From the human T2T-CHM13v2.0 reference genome, Homo sapiens, in the NCBI RefSeq assembly GCF_009914755.1, contig NC_060937.1: DNA of 64,000 nt, one strand, 5' to 3'. The translations under genes and the position numbers were made by a program. Below the pieces are notes generated by a model. It did not search any database and was not told the origin of the DNA. It saw nothing but the letters and a program-made list of their open reading frames with translations. Shown piece after piece: positions 43,973 through 58,551 of the stretch. Numbering within the stretch: the first letter of the stretch is position 1; every line of letters starts with the position of its first letter.

Positions 43973-44854
43973 AAACGGTTTGGTAAATTTGGGGTGACAG
44001 GTATAACATGGCTTAGGCTTAAAGTGTTCTGGAATCCATCAAGATCTTTGCAGTGATGTCATAGATGACAACCCCATCATCTTCTAAAACATGGACATGT
44101 TGAGAAATAGTGTTTTTGTTCAGTCATTGAACTGATCCAAACTTCTGTGTTCATATTTTTATAGACCTCATGATTGTTAAGGTATAAAGAAGCATCAGAA
44201 GCTTTGTTTTTGTTTTTAAGTACAAAGGAGTTAGGATATTCCTAACTTTTTAATTGATTTTTTTTTTCCTGCAAGGAAAAAAAATGATCATTAAAATAAT
44301 TCACTTTGATGTGAGGAAGAGCTTCTTGTCTTAGAGGCACTGGTGAGGGGAATTCACAACTATGCGTTGTTTTAATTGGATTACATCCTCAGAGCTTGAG
44401 TTTTGAGCTCTGAATCTACAATCTATTTTGCAAGTAATCAATGGTATTTATTTAAATGCTCTTGGTAAAGATAATGTGAATAGAGACGTCTACTTATTTC
44501 TAGCATAAAATTGTTTAATAAGCAAAATAATAGAGCACTGCAAATTAACTATTAACAAATGAAATCTTTAACTTTCACACTTTCATTTGATATTTACCGA
44601 ATATTTTCAGGACTAGTTCATGTGTAATTTAGTTCAACTTTTGTTTAAAATAGGAAAGTGAAGCTTGAAAATAAGCACTCTCTTAAATATTTTAGAATAC
44701 CAGATACTTTTCATCTTTCATGGAATCATATTCTTTGTATTTTAGAATCAAGGTATGTTCTTACTTGGTGTTTAATCAAGGAAATACCTAAATCAAGAAC
44801 CATTCCAAATGGCTGTGTATTAAGTGAGATGGTTTACTGATGTCAACAAAAGTG

Positions 44855-45400
44855 AAAAAAATTATATTGAAGTATAAATTATATATATTAATCTTAATTG
44901 CTCAACATATATTTACAAATACATTTTTTGTGCATATTTGTATTTTGTACCTATATATAAAACAAAAATTATCTTTTGTACAAATATTTGTAAGATCTGG
45001 CACATTTTTAGCACCCCAGAAAAATCTTTTTCGGGCTCTCAATGCTGAGAAAAAGAAGGCAGTCTCACCTGTTACCATATATTAATATTGCCTACCTTGG
45101 TCTTCATATAAATGGAAGAATACAGTATTTATGTTTTCTTTTTCTGGCTTATTTCACTTAAACTTACATTTGTGAAATCTATTTGTTATGTACCAGTGAT
45201 TCATTCCTTTTCATTTTGTGTAGCACCCTGTTTAATTATGGAGCTTTTCAATCCATTTTATGCTGATGGACATTCAGGTGTTTCTGTTGAAACTGTTTGT
45301 CATAAGTTATCTATGTGTTTAAATTTAGAAGATAATGATAATTATTTTTCCAAAATGGTTGTATCAACTTAATAACTCATTTAAATATGTGAGGATCTCC
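44855..45400 (-). mobile_element. Old L1 (MC/ME) 3' fragment
   Basis: CATATAAATGGAAGAATACAGTAT...TTCTGGCTTATTTCACT...GCTGATGGACATT. Confidence 0.6.
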
Positions 45401-48222
45401 TAAAAATCTAAAAAAGATGGACCCCCAATTTCAAAGAATAAATAAAAAGGTAAAGCACTTAAACAGGCAGTATATGCACATTTGTAAAAATAAAAGATTG
45501 AGTTAAATTTTGAAAAATATAAGAATCTCATTTGAGCTACATGTATGAAAATATTTATTTTAATTATATGACACATAGATTTTGGATATGATGAGTGCTG
45601 AACTGAGGGTTTTCACTTGATAAGCCTTAAAAATTGAACTTTTCACTCACGAAACATGCTTAAGACAATTTTATATATGAATTGAATCATAAAAATTGTC
45701 TTAGAGTTCAATAAAATGTTTAAAGTACCTTATAGGCTGAGGAAAACAATGGAAGAGTTAACAAGGATACAAAGCGTAAAAGAGAAGAATAAGAGTTCAC
45801 ATAAAATCGAATGAAAAGGTACCATCTTCTGCAACTCTTTAGGTAATTGTTCATGTGTGCTAATTTTCATGAGTTGTAGCACATTGTTTTTGGCCAAGGC
45901 TTCCATTCGCTCTATGGATATGCCAAAAATTTCCTATTTCAGATCTTCTAGTCTCCAACTCTGAAGATAAAAATCATTAAAACCTCTGACTCTGATATTG
46001 AATGCCTGCATAAAAATTTCCTTCCATCACCTTGCAACAGATGACTTGCTCATACACCTTTCTGACTCACCATCACGGGTTCTCTCCTTCCTTTGAGACT
46101 ACAGTAATTCTCTTTGTATTTCATGTTATGTGCAAACTTTACTTTCAAAGGGGTTTTTACCTATATTAATGTATTTACATCATTCACTTAATATATTTTC
46201 CTATCTGTAAAATTGGTTTAGATATCTTGGATTAGGATAGAACACAATTTTTCTCACTTTTATAAGTTTTTTTTAGTTGGGCCGTTTTTCAGTTGGTGAC
46301 AGTGTCAGAAATGAATTAAAATTAAGTGAAGAATAGGTAAACAGAAGGATGCCCTTATGACTTACCAACTTTGCTTAGTTTTTTCAAGTTCAACAAGACC
46401 CTTCTCTCCCTTCAAGGAAGATGATTCCTAGGCATGTTTGTTATTTTTATCAAAACAGCTGAGTTTTTTTTTTCATTCAAATTGGCAGTATACCTGGTAA
46501 ATACAAATTATTTCTGAGCTCATGTATATTTTTAGGACAGTTTCTTGTGATATGCCTAGGTTATAATATTAAGGAACATCGACTTTTCTCAGTGTTGGGG
46601 CACTTGAAAGAGTTCTTAATAACCCTGCAGACTTACTTCCAGAATAATGTAAGGCCACTTTTTAAAAAACTGTGCATATTACTCTGAGAAATTAATATGC
46701 ACTTCCTTGAGTTTCTTTAGTCTTAGACTTGATAGTTGTAATTGTCAATAATTGAAGACAGAATATTCTAGAAAATATTATTTTTTGCCTTTCTCTGAAA
46801 TATTTGTTGCTCTGTATGGATTATTTTATAGATTAAAAAACAGAAAATATATTTCAGGTCCTACAGTGTACCCCATATATGTGAGCATTAAAGCTTAGAG
46901 ATAAAGGCACTGTACAGAATAAAATGTAACACATTGACCAAATGGTTTAATCAACTTCATTGCTCAAGCTCTACCTCATTACTAGAAATGCTGCTCTAAA
47001 CCATTTTCTCTTTTCAGAAAAACCCAGTATCACCAGAGACTCACCACAAAATGCCTGAGCAGATTTGTTCTCTAAATTGCCTAAATCCATCCAATACTAA
47101 TTTGTCCAAATTGCTCTTTTTCTCCATAAGAAAGTTTCACCCTCTTAACCTATTATATAATCTTCCCTCCAATTTCAAAGTAAGAGAGAAGTCTCCTTTT
47201 TCCAGAGCTAATTCCTGCATCTGACCTGTGTATTCCAACCCAGCCACTTTGTTCCATTAGTCATCCTTTCCTTTGTCATAGCTGTTACCTCTTATGCTCT
47301 GTTGCCTTGTTCTTTACATATTTTCTTGAAATTCCTTCATTCTAAAACTCCACATCAACAATAATTATACATAGCAGTAAAGAATATTATAATTTATTAT
47401 GTCAACTGCGTGATGGGTAATAAAAGGGTACTTATGAAAAATATCCTTAGAGGACTTATGATTTTCTAGATACCTCTTGTTTTCACATATATCGACAGTA
47501 ATTTAATTCTGAAAACCATACTTCAAGTAATGCATTATTATCTTTCCCATTAGACATTATTAAAATTAATGCCCTGCGAAATCATTAGGCTCATTCCCAT
47601 ATAGAAAGGAGCCTGCAGGGCTGGGATTTTACCCTAGGCCTTTGAGCTCCAGTGTCTTATCATGTCAGCCCTTCCATGCAATGAAGAACTTAGAATATTC
47701 TACAATCACTGTCTTTGCTTTGTCACCACATAAACTGTAAATCACCACAAAATAATTTTAATTTCTAGCATTCAACTAAAATTTGTTTCCTCACATGTGA
47801 TCAGAGACTCTCATGTTGACTATTCGCAATCCTATTCTAGACAAATTTCCTGTGGTAGTAAATACTCAACTAAATCTATATGTAGAAACATATTTCTACT
47901 TTGGATCTCCTCTTGAACTTTTTTCTCTCATCCTACTCTGTTTCTATTGTCCTTTAATAGCATCATACTTGTCAGTATCACCAGGCCACTTCTAGACCTG
48001 CCAAGATTACCTGTTCAACATTAATTATCAATAGTGTAATAGCCATCGTATGTAAATTACTCCTAATGTACATCTCTACTATGAAATATAAAAAATTCTT
48101 CCTTAGTTCATCTTTTCCACATGGTTTCTCAAACAGACCCTCATAATCACAGCTCTCAAATGTTTATCTTGCTGCCTTGCTGTTTTCTTGTAGCGCCTTC
48201 TATGTATGTATCAATATGTTGG

Positions 48223-48527
48223 TTTTTTTTTTTTTTTTTTTTTTTTGAGACAGGGTCTTAGTGTGTCACCCAGGCTGGAGTGCAGTGGCACAATCTCGGC
48301 TCACTGCAGTCTTGAACTCCTGGGCTCAGGCAAACTTCCCATCTCAGCCTCCTAAGTAGCTGGGACTACAGGCACTCACCACCACACCCAGTTCCTTTTT
48401 ATTTTTTTTGTGCAGATGGGGTTTTGCCATGTTGCCCAGGCTGGTCTGAAACTCCTGAACTCAAGTCATCTGCCTACTTTGGCCTCCCAAAGTGCCAGGA
48501 TTATAGGCAGAAGCAACTGTACATGTC
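48223..48527 (-). mobile_element. AluJ
   Basis: Poly-T plus antisense dimer with CTCCTGGGCTCA; decayed TSD ATCAATATGT/ATCAACACAT. Confidence 0.92.
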
Positions 48528-50209
48528 TCCATCAACACATCTATCATCAGATCTTTGTAATCTCTCACTGTCTCACTGAAACTGTTGTGGTCTTACTCTA
48601 TTCAAACTCTTTCCTTCAATTGCCCCTCAGTTGAAAATCCTCTCATGAATGATTTCTTCCGTTAGGCTTTTAGTGACTATCTAAAATTCTTTTTGATGAA
48701 AAATGACTATGAAAATTTAGATTCAACAAAATACCAGACTTATAGAAGCCAGGGTTATAGAATGATGAGACACTAAAACAATGACAGGTTTAATTTGAGT
48801 ATCATTATCTACCTTCTGATCATCTTAAATTTTGTATATGTCTTCCCCATTACCGTAGTCTTTCAGGACTCTTAAGGTAAGAATAATCTGAAAATTATTT
48901 CTTAAACCTATTAAATGCTGATTTTGTTGATTAATCAATAAAAATAATATTTGAGCTAGATGTCTTCTATGGTACTCTTTGATTCTTTCATTTGATTTAT
49001 CTGATCAATCACTATAAGATAGTGTATGTGGCTTATACTATGTTGTATATTATGAATATACATTGAATTAGTTTAGAACTAGTCCCTATACCTAAGAAAC
49101 TTACAAAACAGTGGCAGATGCAGAATAAGGAAGCAGAGAAATGATAAATATAATATATCCAGTAGAAAAAATAAAAGATACATAGGTATATGAAAAATTT
49201 ATTTAGGTGGCAGTATCCATATAATGAGGTGATCAGCAAAGAGAGACTACTCTAGTTATATGAATGGGAAAAGCTGCAGACTGACATCTTTCGATCGTTT
49301 CAGATGAGATTTGAAGAATAGGGAAAAACACAGGATTGGCTCTATCTTACATTCAGCACACAAGCTATCACCACCTCCAAATACATGCAAATAGAGACAC
49401 AGACTAAACACCAGGTAGTGGAAGGGAATTTTTACTCATTTTCATCTTAAGCAGTTCTGCTTCCCTATGCTGAGACTTCTGGAATTTGAATGCAAGACCT
49501 TATTAACTACCTGACAAGAAAGGTCTACTCAAAAATCAGACTGATCATGTTTTGCTAAAAATCTGAAATGGCCCTTCTGCAGCTTCCATGAATTATTCTA
49601 TCATGGCATATTTAAGGGTATTCAGTCATTGGCAGATGGGCAGCTATTTCCTTTCCACTAGAAATGCATAAGTAAAACTTTCTCTAAAGGAAAAAAAAAA
49701 AGACCCACAGATATCTTTTAAACATTCAGAATTTAAAGAGGAAAATTGGTACTTGCCATTTAGTAGTTTGTAATTTAAATGACAAGGGTCAATAATTTAT
49801 CTGTGTTAATTGGAACCAAGCAATAGTAGTCTCATTTTAGTTCTCTAAGGCTACAGGGATAATTGAAGGATAAGAAAATTGTAGACTTGACCTCAATATT
49901 CTAACTAATAATTCACTGTCTCCTCATGTTTGTAAATGTATTTTATCCAAATAAGGAGAGGAAAGTTTCTGAGGCTGCTGATAACCTTTTGCTGTCATAT
50001 GTCCATTCAGATTTAAACATTTTCTTTCGATGTCCTGATTCTAGGAAAAGGAATCTTTCCTAAAGAATCATCATGATAATATATGTCCATTTACACAATT
50101 AGTCAAAAACTTGTATGTATCACCTGTTGCATGTTGGGTACTGGACTAATCATTGAATAAAATATACCTGCCTTGAAGAGCTCCCTTTCCAACTGGCAAA
50201 ATGTTTCAC

Positions 50210-50660
50210 TTGGAATTATTTGGCTGCAACATGTAATAGAAAGCCAAATATGGTGGCTTTAATAAATAAGGGGTCAGGATTGGCAATATAGTTCTAATAT
50301 AGAGGCTTCATGATATCACAAAACTAGCACTTCCTTCCTTTTCACTCTGCCATCCTTTACATGTGTCTGTCTTTCTGATCATCACAACATGGCAGCTTCA
50401 TCTACCTACATTCCTTTTATGATCCAGAGAAGGTAGGAAAAAGTCAAAGGCAAATGGCATACAACAGCTGAGATTTCTCTTTACTCATACCCATGCCAAG
50501 TAGAATTTGGGTCACATCTCTTTGGCACAAGTCTATCAGCCCATATGACCCTCTCTCTGTAGGTACCAGAAAGCCTGGGAAATCAAGATGTGATCCAGGC
50601 ACATTGCTGCTGCAAATGAAACAAGATTCTGTAAATTGGAGAATAAGTAATTGGGAAATT
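50210..50660 (-). mobile_element. Ancient MLT1 (J/K/L-type) LTR
   Basis: TTTGGCTGCAA...TAGAAAGCCAAATATGGTGGCTTTAA...CTCTGCCATCCTT...CACAACATGGCAGC...GCCTGGGAAAT. Confidence 0.6.
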
Positions 50661-50769
50661 ACTTATTTATACTTATTTTCTTGAATAACATCAGTTAGCA
50701 ACTAGATGTTTCTTCTTGATAGACTTATTTTGCCCTCTGCCCCACAAAAAAAAAATGAAACATCAACAA

Positions 50770-51870
50770 TGCTATCGCATAAGTGCTATAGCAAGGTGCT
50801 ACACAAACTTTGGAAATACAAAGAGAAATACAGAGGGCAAGAACTTCAAATAACTTTTCCAAAAAAAAGGTGATAACTTTGATGAGTTGTAAAAAACTAG
50901 CAAATTTTCAGGTAGGCAACAATGGGGAATAACTAATCCACGAAAAAGGATTATGAAGAAATGCATCAACATAAAGAATCTTGTCCAGCCAACAAAATCC
51001 AAGAATACCTTTGTCATTAAAGGGAAAACTATTTTGAAGGGAGGATGATAAAAGTTTATATGAATGCAATGCTAAGTACCTTGAAATTTATTTTTAAAAC
51101 CATAGTAGATAATTTAAGGATTTCATCCTGAAGAAATTCATGATTAGATGGATAAGAAACAATGAGACTAAAAGCTGTAAAATTAATCCAGGAGAGAAAT
51201 CAATGAAGGCAATAGCCTAAATTTGAATAAGAGGTTTCTAAGGAAGAAAAATAAGTTAGTGTTACACAAAGAGTTTGAGTGGAAGGTAACAATTTTGTTG
51301 AAAGAAACAATTAGTTTTCTCTGAAGAGCATCCAGGGGTTCAAAGAGTTAGAGAATTTAGAAATGAAAAGAGTAAGCTAGAAATCTTGACTGCGGAGACA
51401 TCAGCCTATAAGGCATAACTGAAGTAATAATTATCGATAAGGTAACTCAGAACATATGAAAAAATAAAAATATACCAGATAGAAGATTGAAGATAATATT
51501 AAAGAGATGGATGAGGAATCGTATAGTAAGGAAGTAGATTAAGAAGTGATGGTCAAAGAAACAGAAAATCTAAGTGGAAGTAGTCTCTTGATAACTAATG
51601 GAAAAGATAATTCTTGGAGAACAAGAAGAAAGGGTTTAAGAGTGTCAAATGCTAAATTCTGTAAGACCTGCTTAGAAACTGCTCATCGAATTTGAATATT
51701 GCATAATCATTGGTGAGCTTAGAGAAAGAAATTCAGTCAAGCTACAAGAGAAGGCAAATGATAGTGGATTATGATTTAAAAAAGCAGAAGTGGATATTTT
51801 GTGGAAACATGGAGGAAAAATTGGGAAAGAAAGCAGGTGATATGTAGATGTTGATCATAGGATTGTAACA
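50770..51870 (-). mobile_element. L2 fragments
   Basis: Purine-rich tract with GTGTCAAATGCT and TCATTGGTGAGCTTAGAGA antisense L2 motifs. Confidence 0.5.
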
Positions 51871-54388
51871 GTCATTTGTGTCCATGTGCATGTATGTACA
51901 AGTGTGTGTGTATATATATGTATGTGTTGTGAAAAATCTGAGCATAGTATAGGTTGAAAAGCCAGTAGGGAAATGTTTTATATTCAAGTATAGAAAGTAT
52001 AATTAAGACTATTCCTGATAGCTAAGGAGAAAGGAGAAGGGTTTTTACATGAAAGCATTTATGCCTATTTACATAAAAGGTGCCGCAAAACTGATTTCAC
52101 ACTGATTATTTGCTAATATTCCTTTCACAACCAAAATATTAAGTTTATTACCATCATTTTGTGTATTCAAAACTAAATTGATGAAACATCAACTGATAAG
52201 TGTATAATGACCAGCATTTTGTCATTATGAAATGGCAACATGGTACCTTTTTAAATTTCCATTTCAAATAATTTTACTTCTCTTTTCTTTTTTGTGGATA
52301 TCTTTACTCTTTCCAGGAAGTAGTGATAGATACATGAAAGAAAAGAATTTTTTTGTCTCCATTTTAAATAATGATATTTAATTGTCAATGTATGTTTTGA
52401 CATGAATACAATCTTACAGTTACAAAGTCTTGTGTGTTATCTACCATCAAGGTTTGCTCAAATTTTAACTCTTGTTTTTAATTTGTATTCAAAGGGAAAA
52501 TAAGTGTCTACATATATTCTGTATAACTGTTACAACAAATTCTCTAAAGAATATATATTTGTGGATATCTTTATAAACAGCACTAAAGCTAATGTCTCTT
52601 TGTTGACTAAGCATGTTTCAGGCTTGACTTTCCTCTGTCAGTCAATTAGTCTGACTTATCCTCCATATGATAAGCTTAGACATTTGTCTTCACACAACAT
52701 ATACAATTTAATATAGGGTAATAGATTTAAGAACTTTTATCTTGTGACCTGGCATACTTTTGAACCCAATTATTTTAATGTGAAATGTTAGGGACATATT
52801 AAGAGACCCTCCAGAAATACCATATACAAGAAATCATAAATGAAATATCTACCATGGTATCAAACTCTAAAATATAACTCCTGGGCATGTCATTTTTTTT
52901 TTCACTGCTACATTTGTCCAGAGAAATAAAGGTTATTCTTGAGGAGACCAAAGTAAGACACTTTAAATAAGTATAAAGAAGAATTAACAAAAAAAACAAA
53001 AAAAAGCCACTTGCCCAAAGAAAGAATAAATGAGCAAGAGAGCAAGATGGGTTATCTTTGAGAGAACATTTGGTATCATTGTTGCTTTACTTCTAAGGAG
53101 TGCATAAAAACTAAAGGTAATGTGAAAAACAACTCTTCCTTCAAAATGTTTAGTATCGGGTTATATGGAAAAGCTATAAACTTGTTTTTGTGGGGTTTTC
53201 AATTTCAGTATAGATCATTGGTCTGCTCCTTTATGTCAAGTAGCCATTTACTGGAAAACAAATGTTTCCAAATATAATGGTAAGATTTCATAATTTTTTC
53301 CTACCTCAAACATAAAGAGTATAGAAACAGAGCCTTCTCCTCCAGCTCTTTGTCCTTCTTTGACATGTGCACAGCAACACAGAGGAATTCATGGCAGGGC
53401 CTCATTTCCCACCCCACGTGTGATTCCCCAGGGCCAGCGCCTTCACACTTGCATGAGTGTGCACACACACAGGCACACACACATACTCACATGCAGAACG
53501 TTACTTCAGACCTTCACAGGACCTTCTTTTTCTTTCCCTGGCTCTGACTTCCACACCAAGAGTGGAAGCATTAATCTGTTCCACTCTACCTTTCCTTATT
53601 CATCTCTGCCTGACAGTGTTTTCCCGGGATAAGAGGGAAGCCACGACTGGAATTTATACCAATTAGATGAATGGCGGCAAATAAATTGCTCCTAGAGTAA
53701 TCAGAAGATTAAAGGGGAAAACCCTACAATGCTGTGAGTAATCCATTGTGATAAATGAGAGAGAACTGACATGTCATTACAGAAGAATTAAATTTATCCT
53801 CCCTCCGTTTCTGTCCCATTCCCTGATTAGGTATACCTGGCCACACAGATACACTCCCAGTTTACAGAGATAGAGACTATATAGATATAAAGATAGCCTT
53901 CCATAAAGCCAATGTAGTATGCCCTTATATAAATGTATATTCTCCTACATAAGCTAACCAGGTTTCCTTGAGGTTAATGAATTAGAAGTGGTTGAGTAGA
54001 CAGCAGGGTAATGGGGAGTATTTTTCAAAATGAAACACACTTATCTACCAATACGTTCTTGAGTTTTAAGATAATGATCCGAGTTCTGTTTCTGAGAGAA
54101 GAGGTCACATGGCTGTTTCAAATATATTTCTTTTGAAAGTAGTTTTATTCTGATTCATTTCTATTACTTGCTAAAGTATATATATTTTCCACAGAATTTG
54201 ATTAGTACTGATGTTATTTTTAGAATAAAAGGACATTCATAAATATTTTTAGAAAGCCCATTAGAAGTGTTTGAATTATTATGTGATTTATATAGGATAA
54301 AATCCATGTTTTGGTTGTACACGTCTGTAAGTTTGGATAAATGCATAGTCATGTAACCACCACCAAAATTAAAATTTAAAACAATTCT

Positions 54389-54669
54389 GGCCAGGTGTGG
54401 TGGCTCACCCTTGTAATCCCAACACTTCGGGAGGCCGAGGTGGGTAGATTATGAGGTCAAGAGATCGAGACCATTCTGGCCAACATGGAGAAAGCGCATC
54501 TCTACTAAAAATACAAAATTATCTGGGCATGGGGGTGCATGCCTATAGTCTCAGCTACTGGGAAGGTTGAAGCAGGAGAGTTGCTTGAACACGGGAGGCG
54601 GAGGTTGCAGTGAGCTGAGGTTGGCCACTGCACTCCAACCTGGCAACAGAATGAGACTCCATCTCAAAA
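54389..54669 (+). mobile_element. AluSc inside L1
   Basis: GAGGTCAAGAGATCGAGACCAT and CCTGGCAACAGA diagnostics; TSD-like AAAACAATTC/AAAACTGTTC. Confidence 0.93.
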
Positions 54670-54943
54670 CTGTTCCACACCCTCAAATTTTCCCTCATCC
54701 TATCCCTTTCTAGTCAAACTCTCCTCTAATGCCTGAAAACCATCAACTTCCTCTCAGTCCCTATAGCAACTCAATTTCTAGAATGACCTTCAAAGGAAGT
54801 CATCCAGCAAGCAGCGTCTGGAGTCTGGCATCTTTCTCATGGTATTTCAGGTAGATCCACGTTGTTGTGTGTATCAGTTGTTACTGTGACATATTGAAAT
54901 TCATTTATCCATTCGCCAGTTTGAGGGCATTTAGGATTTTCCA

Positions 54944-55651
54944 GGCTATGGGCTGATTGTGGTGCACCCCCCACCCCCACCGCAAAATTCCTATGTTGAA
55001 GTCCTAAATTCCAGTACTCATAATGTTACTATATTTGGAGATAGTCTTTGTGGTGGTAATTAAGGTTAAATAAGGTCATCAGAGTGGGCCCTAATCCTAT
55101 ATGTCTTGTGTTCTTACAAGAAGAGGAGATAGCTGGGCATGGTTGCTCACGCCTGTAATCCTAGCACTTTGGGAGGCTGAGATGGGAGAATCCCTTGAGC
55201 CCAGACATTCAAGACCAGGCTGGGCAACATAGCAGGAAACTATCTCTACAAAAAAATCAGAAAAAAAATAAGTGTGGTGGCACACACAGTGGTCTCAACT
55301 ACTTGGAGGGCTGAAGTGGGAGACCACTTGAGCACAACAGGTCAAGGCTGCAGTGAGCCATGATTGTACCACTGAATCCAGCCTGGGTGACAGAGCGAGA
55401 CCCTGTCTCAAAAAACAAACAAACAAACAAACAAACAAAAAAAACAGTGCAGGCACTTATGGGGGGGATTGGGAACTCATGAAGACAAATAGAAGAGGCC
55501 ATCTATAAGTCAAGGAAAGAGGCCTCAGAATAAAACCAACTCTGCCAACACCTTGATCTTGAACTTCTAGCCTCCAGAGAAAATAAACTTCTGTTGTTTA
55601 AGCCTCCCGGTTTGTGATTCTTTGTCATGGCAGCCATAGCAAACTAATATA
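54944..55651 (+). mobile_element. MLT1B LTR inside L1, interrupted by AluJ
   Basis: TATGTTGAAGTCCTAA...TATTTGGAGATAG...GTGGGCCCTAATCC...GAGGCCTCAGAA...AGCAAACTAATA. Confidence 0.88.
55131..55444 (+). mobile_element. AluJ with (AAAC)n tail
   Basis: CTTGAGCCCAG and GGTCAAGGCTGCAGTGAGCCATGAT AluJ motifs. Confidence 0.92.
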
Positions 55652-58156
55652 CCGTGTTTGTTTATTAATAAAAGCTGCTGTACGCATTTGTGTACAAGTT
55701 GTCAAAAGACAAGTTTTCATTTTGGGAGCAAAAATACCTAGGAATGGGATTGTCATATAAACAATGTATGCTAAACATCAACATAGGCTGTCTAAAGATT
55801 GTCAAAAGTGACTGTGTGACTTGGCATCATTCCCACTAACATACCAGAAAGTTCAGTTGTTCTGCATTCACATCTGTACTTGGTATTGTCATAACTTTCT
55901 CCATTATGACAGTATGTAGTGGTATCTCATTGTAATTTTAATTTGTACTTTCTGATGACTAATTATGCTAAGCATCTTTGTTGTGTGCTTATCTATTATC
56001 AATATTTTGTAATTGAAATATGTTTAATTTTTTGCTCATTTTTTGTTGGGTTGATGGTTTCTTTATTAAGTTTTGGGAATATTACATATTCGGAATACAG
56101 TTTCTTTATCAGATGTGTGATTTGCAAATATTTTTTCTAGTTTATGGGTTGTCTATTCTCTAAACAGCATCTTTCGTAGAGCAAAAATTTTTAATTTGGA
56201 TGAAGCTCAATTTATTTTTTTAACAGATTGCTGTTTTTGCATGTGAGAACACTTTGACTAATCCTAAGGTCACAAACTTTCTTTCCTGTGTTTCTTTCTA
56301 AAAGTTTATAGTTATCATTGAAGTACTTCTGGTGTGCTATGTAAAATATCAGCTGAGATTCATTTCTTGGTATACAGATGTCCAATAGTTCTAGCACCAT
56401 TTGTTGGAAATGGCATTATGTTGCCTTTGCACCTTTTTCAAAAATCAGTTAACTATATTTGTGTAATTTTATTTCTGAATTTTCTATTCTGTTCCATTCT
56501 GTTTCTTTTATCTTTTCTCCAGTAACATGTTGTCTTATTAGAGATGCTAAAAAATAACTGTTAAATCACATAGTTTGATTCCTCCACCTTGGGTCTTTTT
56601 AAAAATTGCTTTTGTTAATCTTAATTTTTCTGCCTTGCCCTACACATTTTAGAATTAATTTGTTGATATTTACCAAGAAATCCTTGTGGCATTTGATTTG
56701 CTCTTAATTTTGGTACTTAATTAGTGTATTTGGGAAGAATCGACATCTCAAGAATATTGAGTTTTCAACTTCATGAATACCATGTATCTCTCCTTCTATT
56801 AATGTTATAATTTTTATCAATGTTTTGTAGCTGTTAAAATACCAATTGTGCACATATTTTTGTAAATTCATAAACACTTTATTTTTTGTCATTCTAAAAG
56901 ATAATTTTTGTATGTTTCCATTTCTAAACGTTCTTTGGTAATATATAGAAATATTGAGTTTGTATACAACCACCTTACTAAACTCACATATTGAGCATTT
57001 TAATAGGTTATTTTGGATATTTTTATGTGGACTGTTATGTTGTCTGAAAATAGAAACAGGTTTGTTTCTTCCTTTCTGATGTGGATGTTGCTGATGTTTA
57101 TTACCACATTACTGATCTGGCTAGGACCATCAGTATTATAAAGTTGAATATAAGTGGTAGAAGAGCTAACTTCTTGCCTTGGACCCAGTTTTGAAATTAG
57201 TCAGAGAGTCGCCATTAAGTGTAATTTAGTGGCAGTTTTGGTTTTTTTGTTTGTTTGTTTGTTTTGTAGATGCCCTGTATCAGGTTAAGTTCCCTTCTTT
57301 TCTAATTTTGCTGAGAGTTTTTATAAAGAATAGATGTTGAATTTTGTCAAATGCTTTTGCTGCATCTACTGAATGACGTTTGTTTTTCATCTACCTAATC
57401 ATATTGAAAGTTATATCTGTTGAGCTTTGAATGTTGAACCAGCCTTGCATTCGTGGTATAAATCACTTGTTTGTAAAGTATTTTTTAAAATATTGCTAGA
57501 TTTGATTTCTTAATATTTTTATATATGTTCTTAAAGGGATATCGGTTTATACTTTCCATTTCTCTTTAAAGAGAAATGATGATGAGAGAGATTCTCTCTC
57601 TCGAAGTTCTAAGTGCCTGTGCATTGCTGCCACTACACAGCTAGTATCATGACAGCAGCTTCAGAACTAGAGCTGGCTTCCAGGTAGAGCTGAGTGGGAA
57701 AACGAAAAACAAAAGGATTATTTCTCTATATATGATCCATCTTACAGAGGCCACATTCCTGGTTCTCTAGCTAGAAAAAGTAGAAATTTTGCACACCATG
57801 GGTTAGAAAAAAAAGCCCATTAAACCCACCCCTGTTACAGATCACTATTGGTATTTTGATTTTGCTTTCAATCCATCTGTTATTGCTCACTTTTAAGAGT
57901 CCTTGGTAGTTGCTTTTTATGTCCAGAGTTTCAATTTCAATCAGTAGGAGAAATAGGCCTTGGTGAGCATGCTTTGTCTTGGCTGGTGCCATAAGTCTAT
58001 ACTCAAATATTTTTAAATAATTTTTAGTTGAATAACAAGTTGGACCTGTGCTCAGCTTTCTCATTGTTTTCCTAAAAGTAGAAGAAAAGGTTTTAAATAC
58101 TTTAACCACTAAATAATTTAAAGCAGGTTGAAAAGAAACTCCTTCTTTTTGCCTAT

Positions 58157-58523
58157 TGTGTATTAGTCTGTTCTTACACTGCTAATAAAGACATACTCAA
58201 GACTGGGTAATTTATAAAGGAAATAGGTTTAACTGACTCATAGTTCCACTTGGCTGGGGAGGCCTCACAATCATGGCAGAAGGCAAATGAGCAAAGTCAT
58301 GTCTTACATGGCGGCAGGCAAGAGAGAGCATTTGTGCAGGGGAACTCCCCTTTATAAAACCATCAGCTCTCATGAGACTTATTCACTGTCATGGGAACAG
58401 CATGGGGAAGACCAGCCCCAATGAGTCAATTACCTCCCACTGTGTCCCTGCCACAACATGTGGGAATTATGGGAGCTAAATATCAAAATGAGATTTGGGT
58501 GGGAACACAGTCAAATCATATCA
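58157..58523 (-). mobile_element. THE1B/C solo LTR
   Basis: TGTATTAGTCTG...ACTGCTAATAAAGACATAC...GAGATTTGGGTGGG...ATATCA; TSD CCTAT at 58152-58156 and 58524-58528. Confidence 0.93.
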
Positions 58524-58551
58524 CCTATATACATTCACATTAGGATTTTAG

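Larger units (their letters stand above)
54290..57965 (-). mobile_element. Old L1 (MB/MC-like): 3' end, ORF2 part and, after an internal deletion, the 5' end
   Basis: GTGGTATCTCATTG, CTTTATCAGATGTGTGATTTGCAAATATTTT, TTGAACCAGCCTTGCAT; 5'-end motif GAGTCCTTGGTAGTTGCTTTT...CCAGAGTTT...AATCAGTAGGAGAAATAGGC. Confidence 0.8.
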
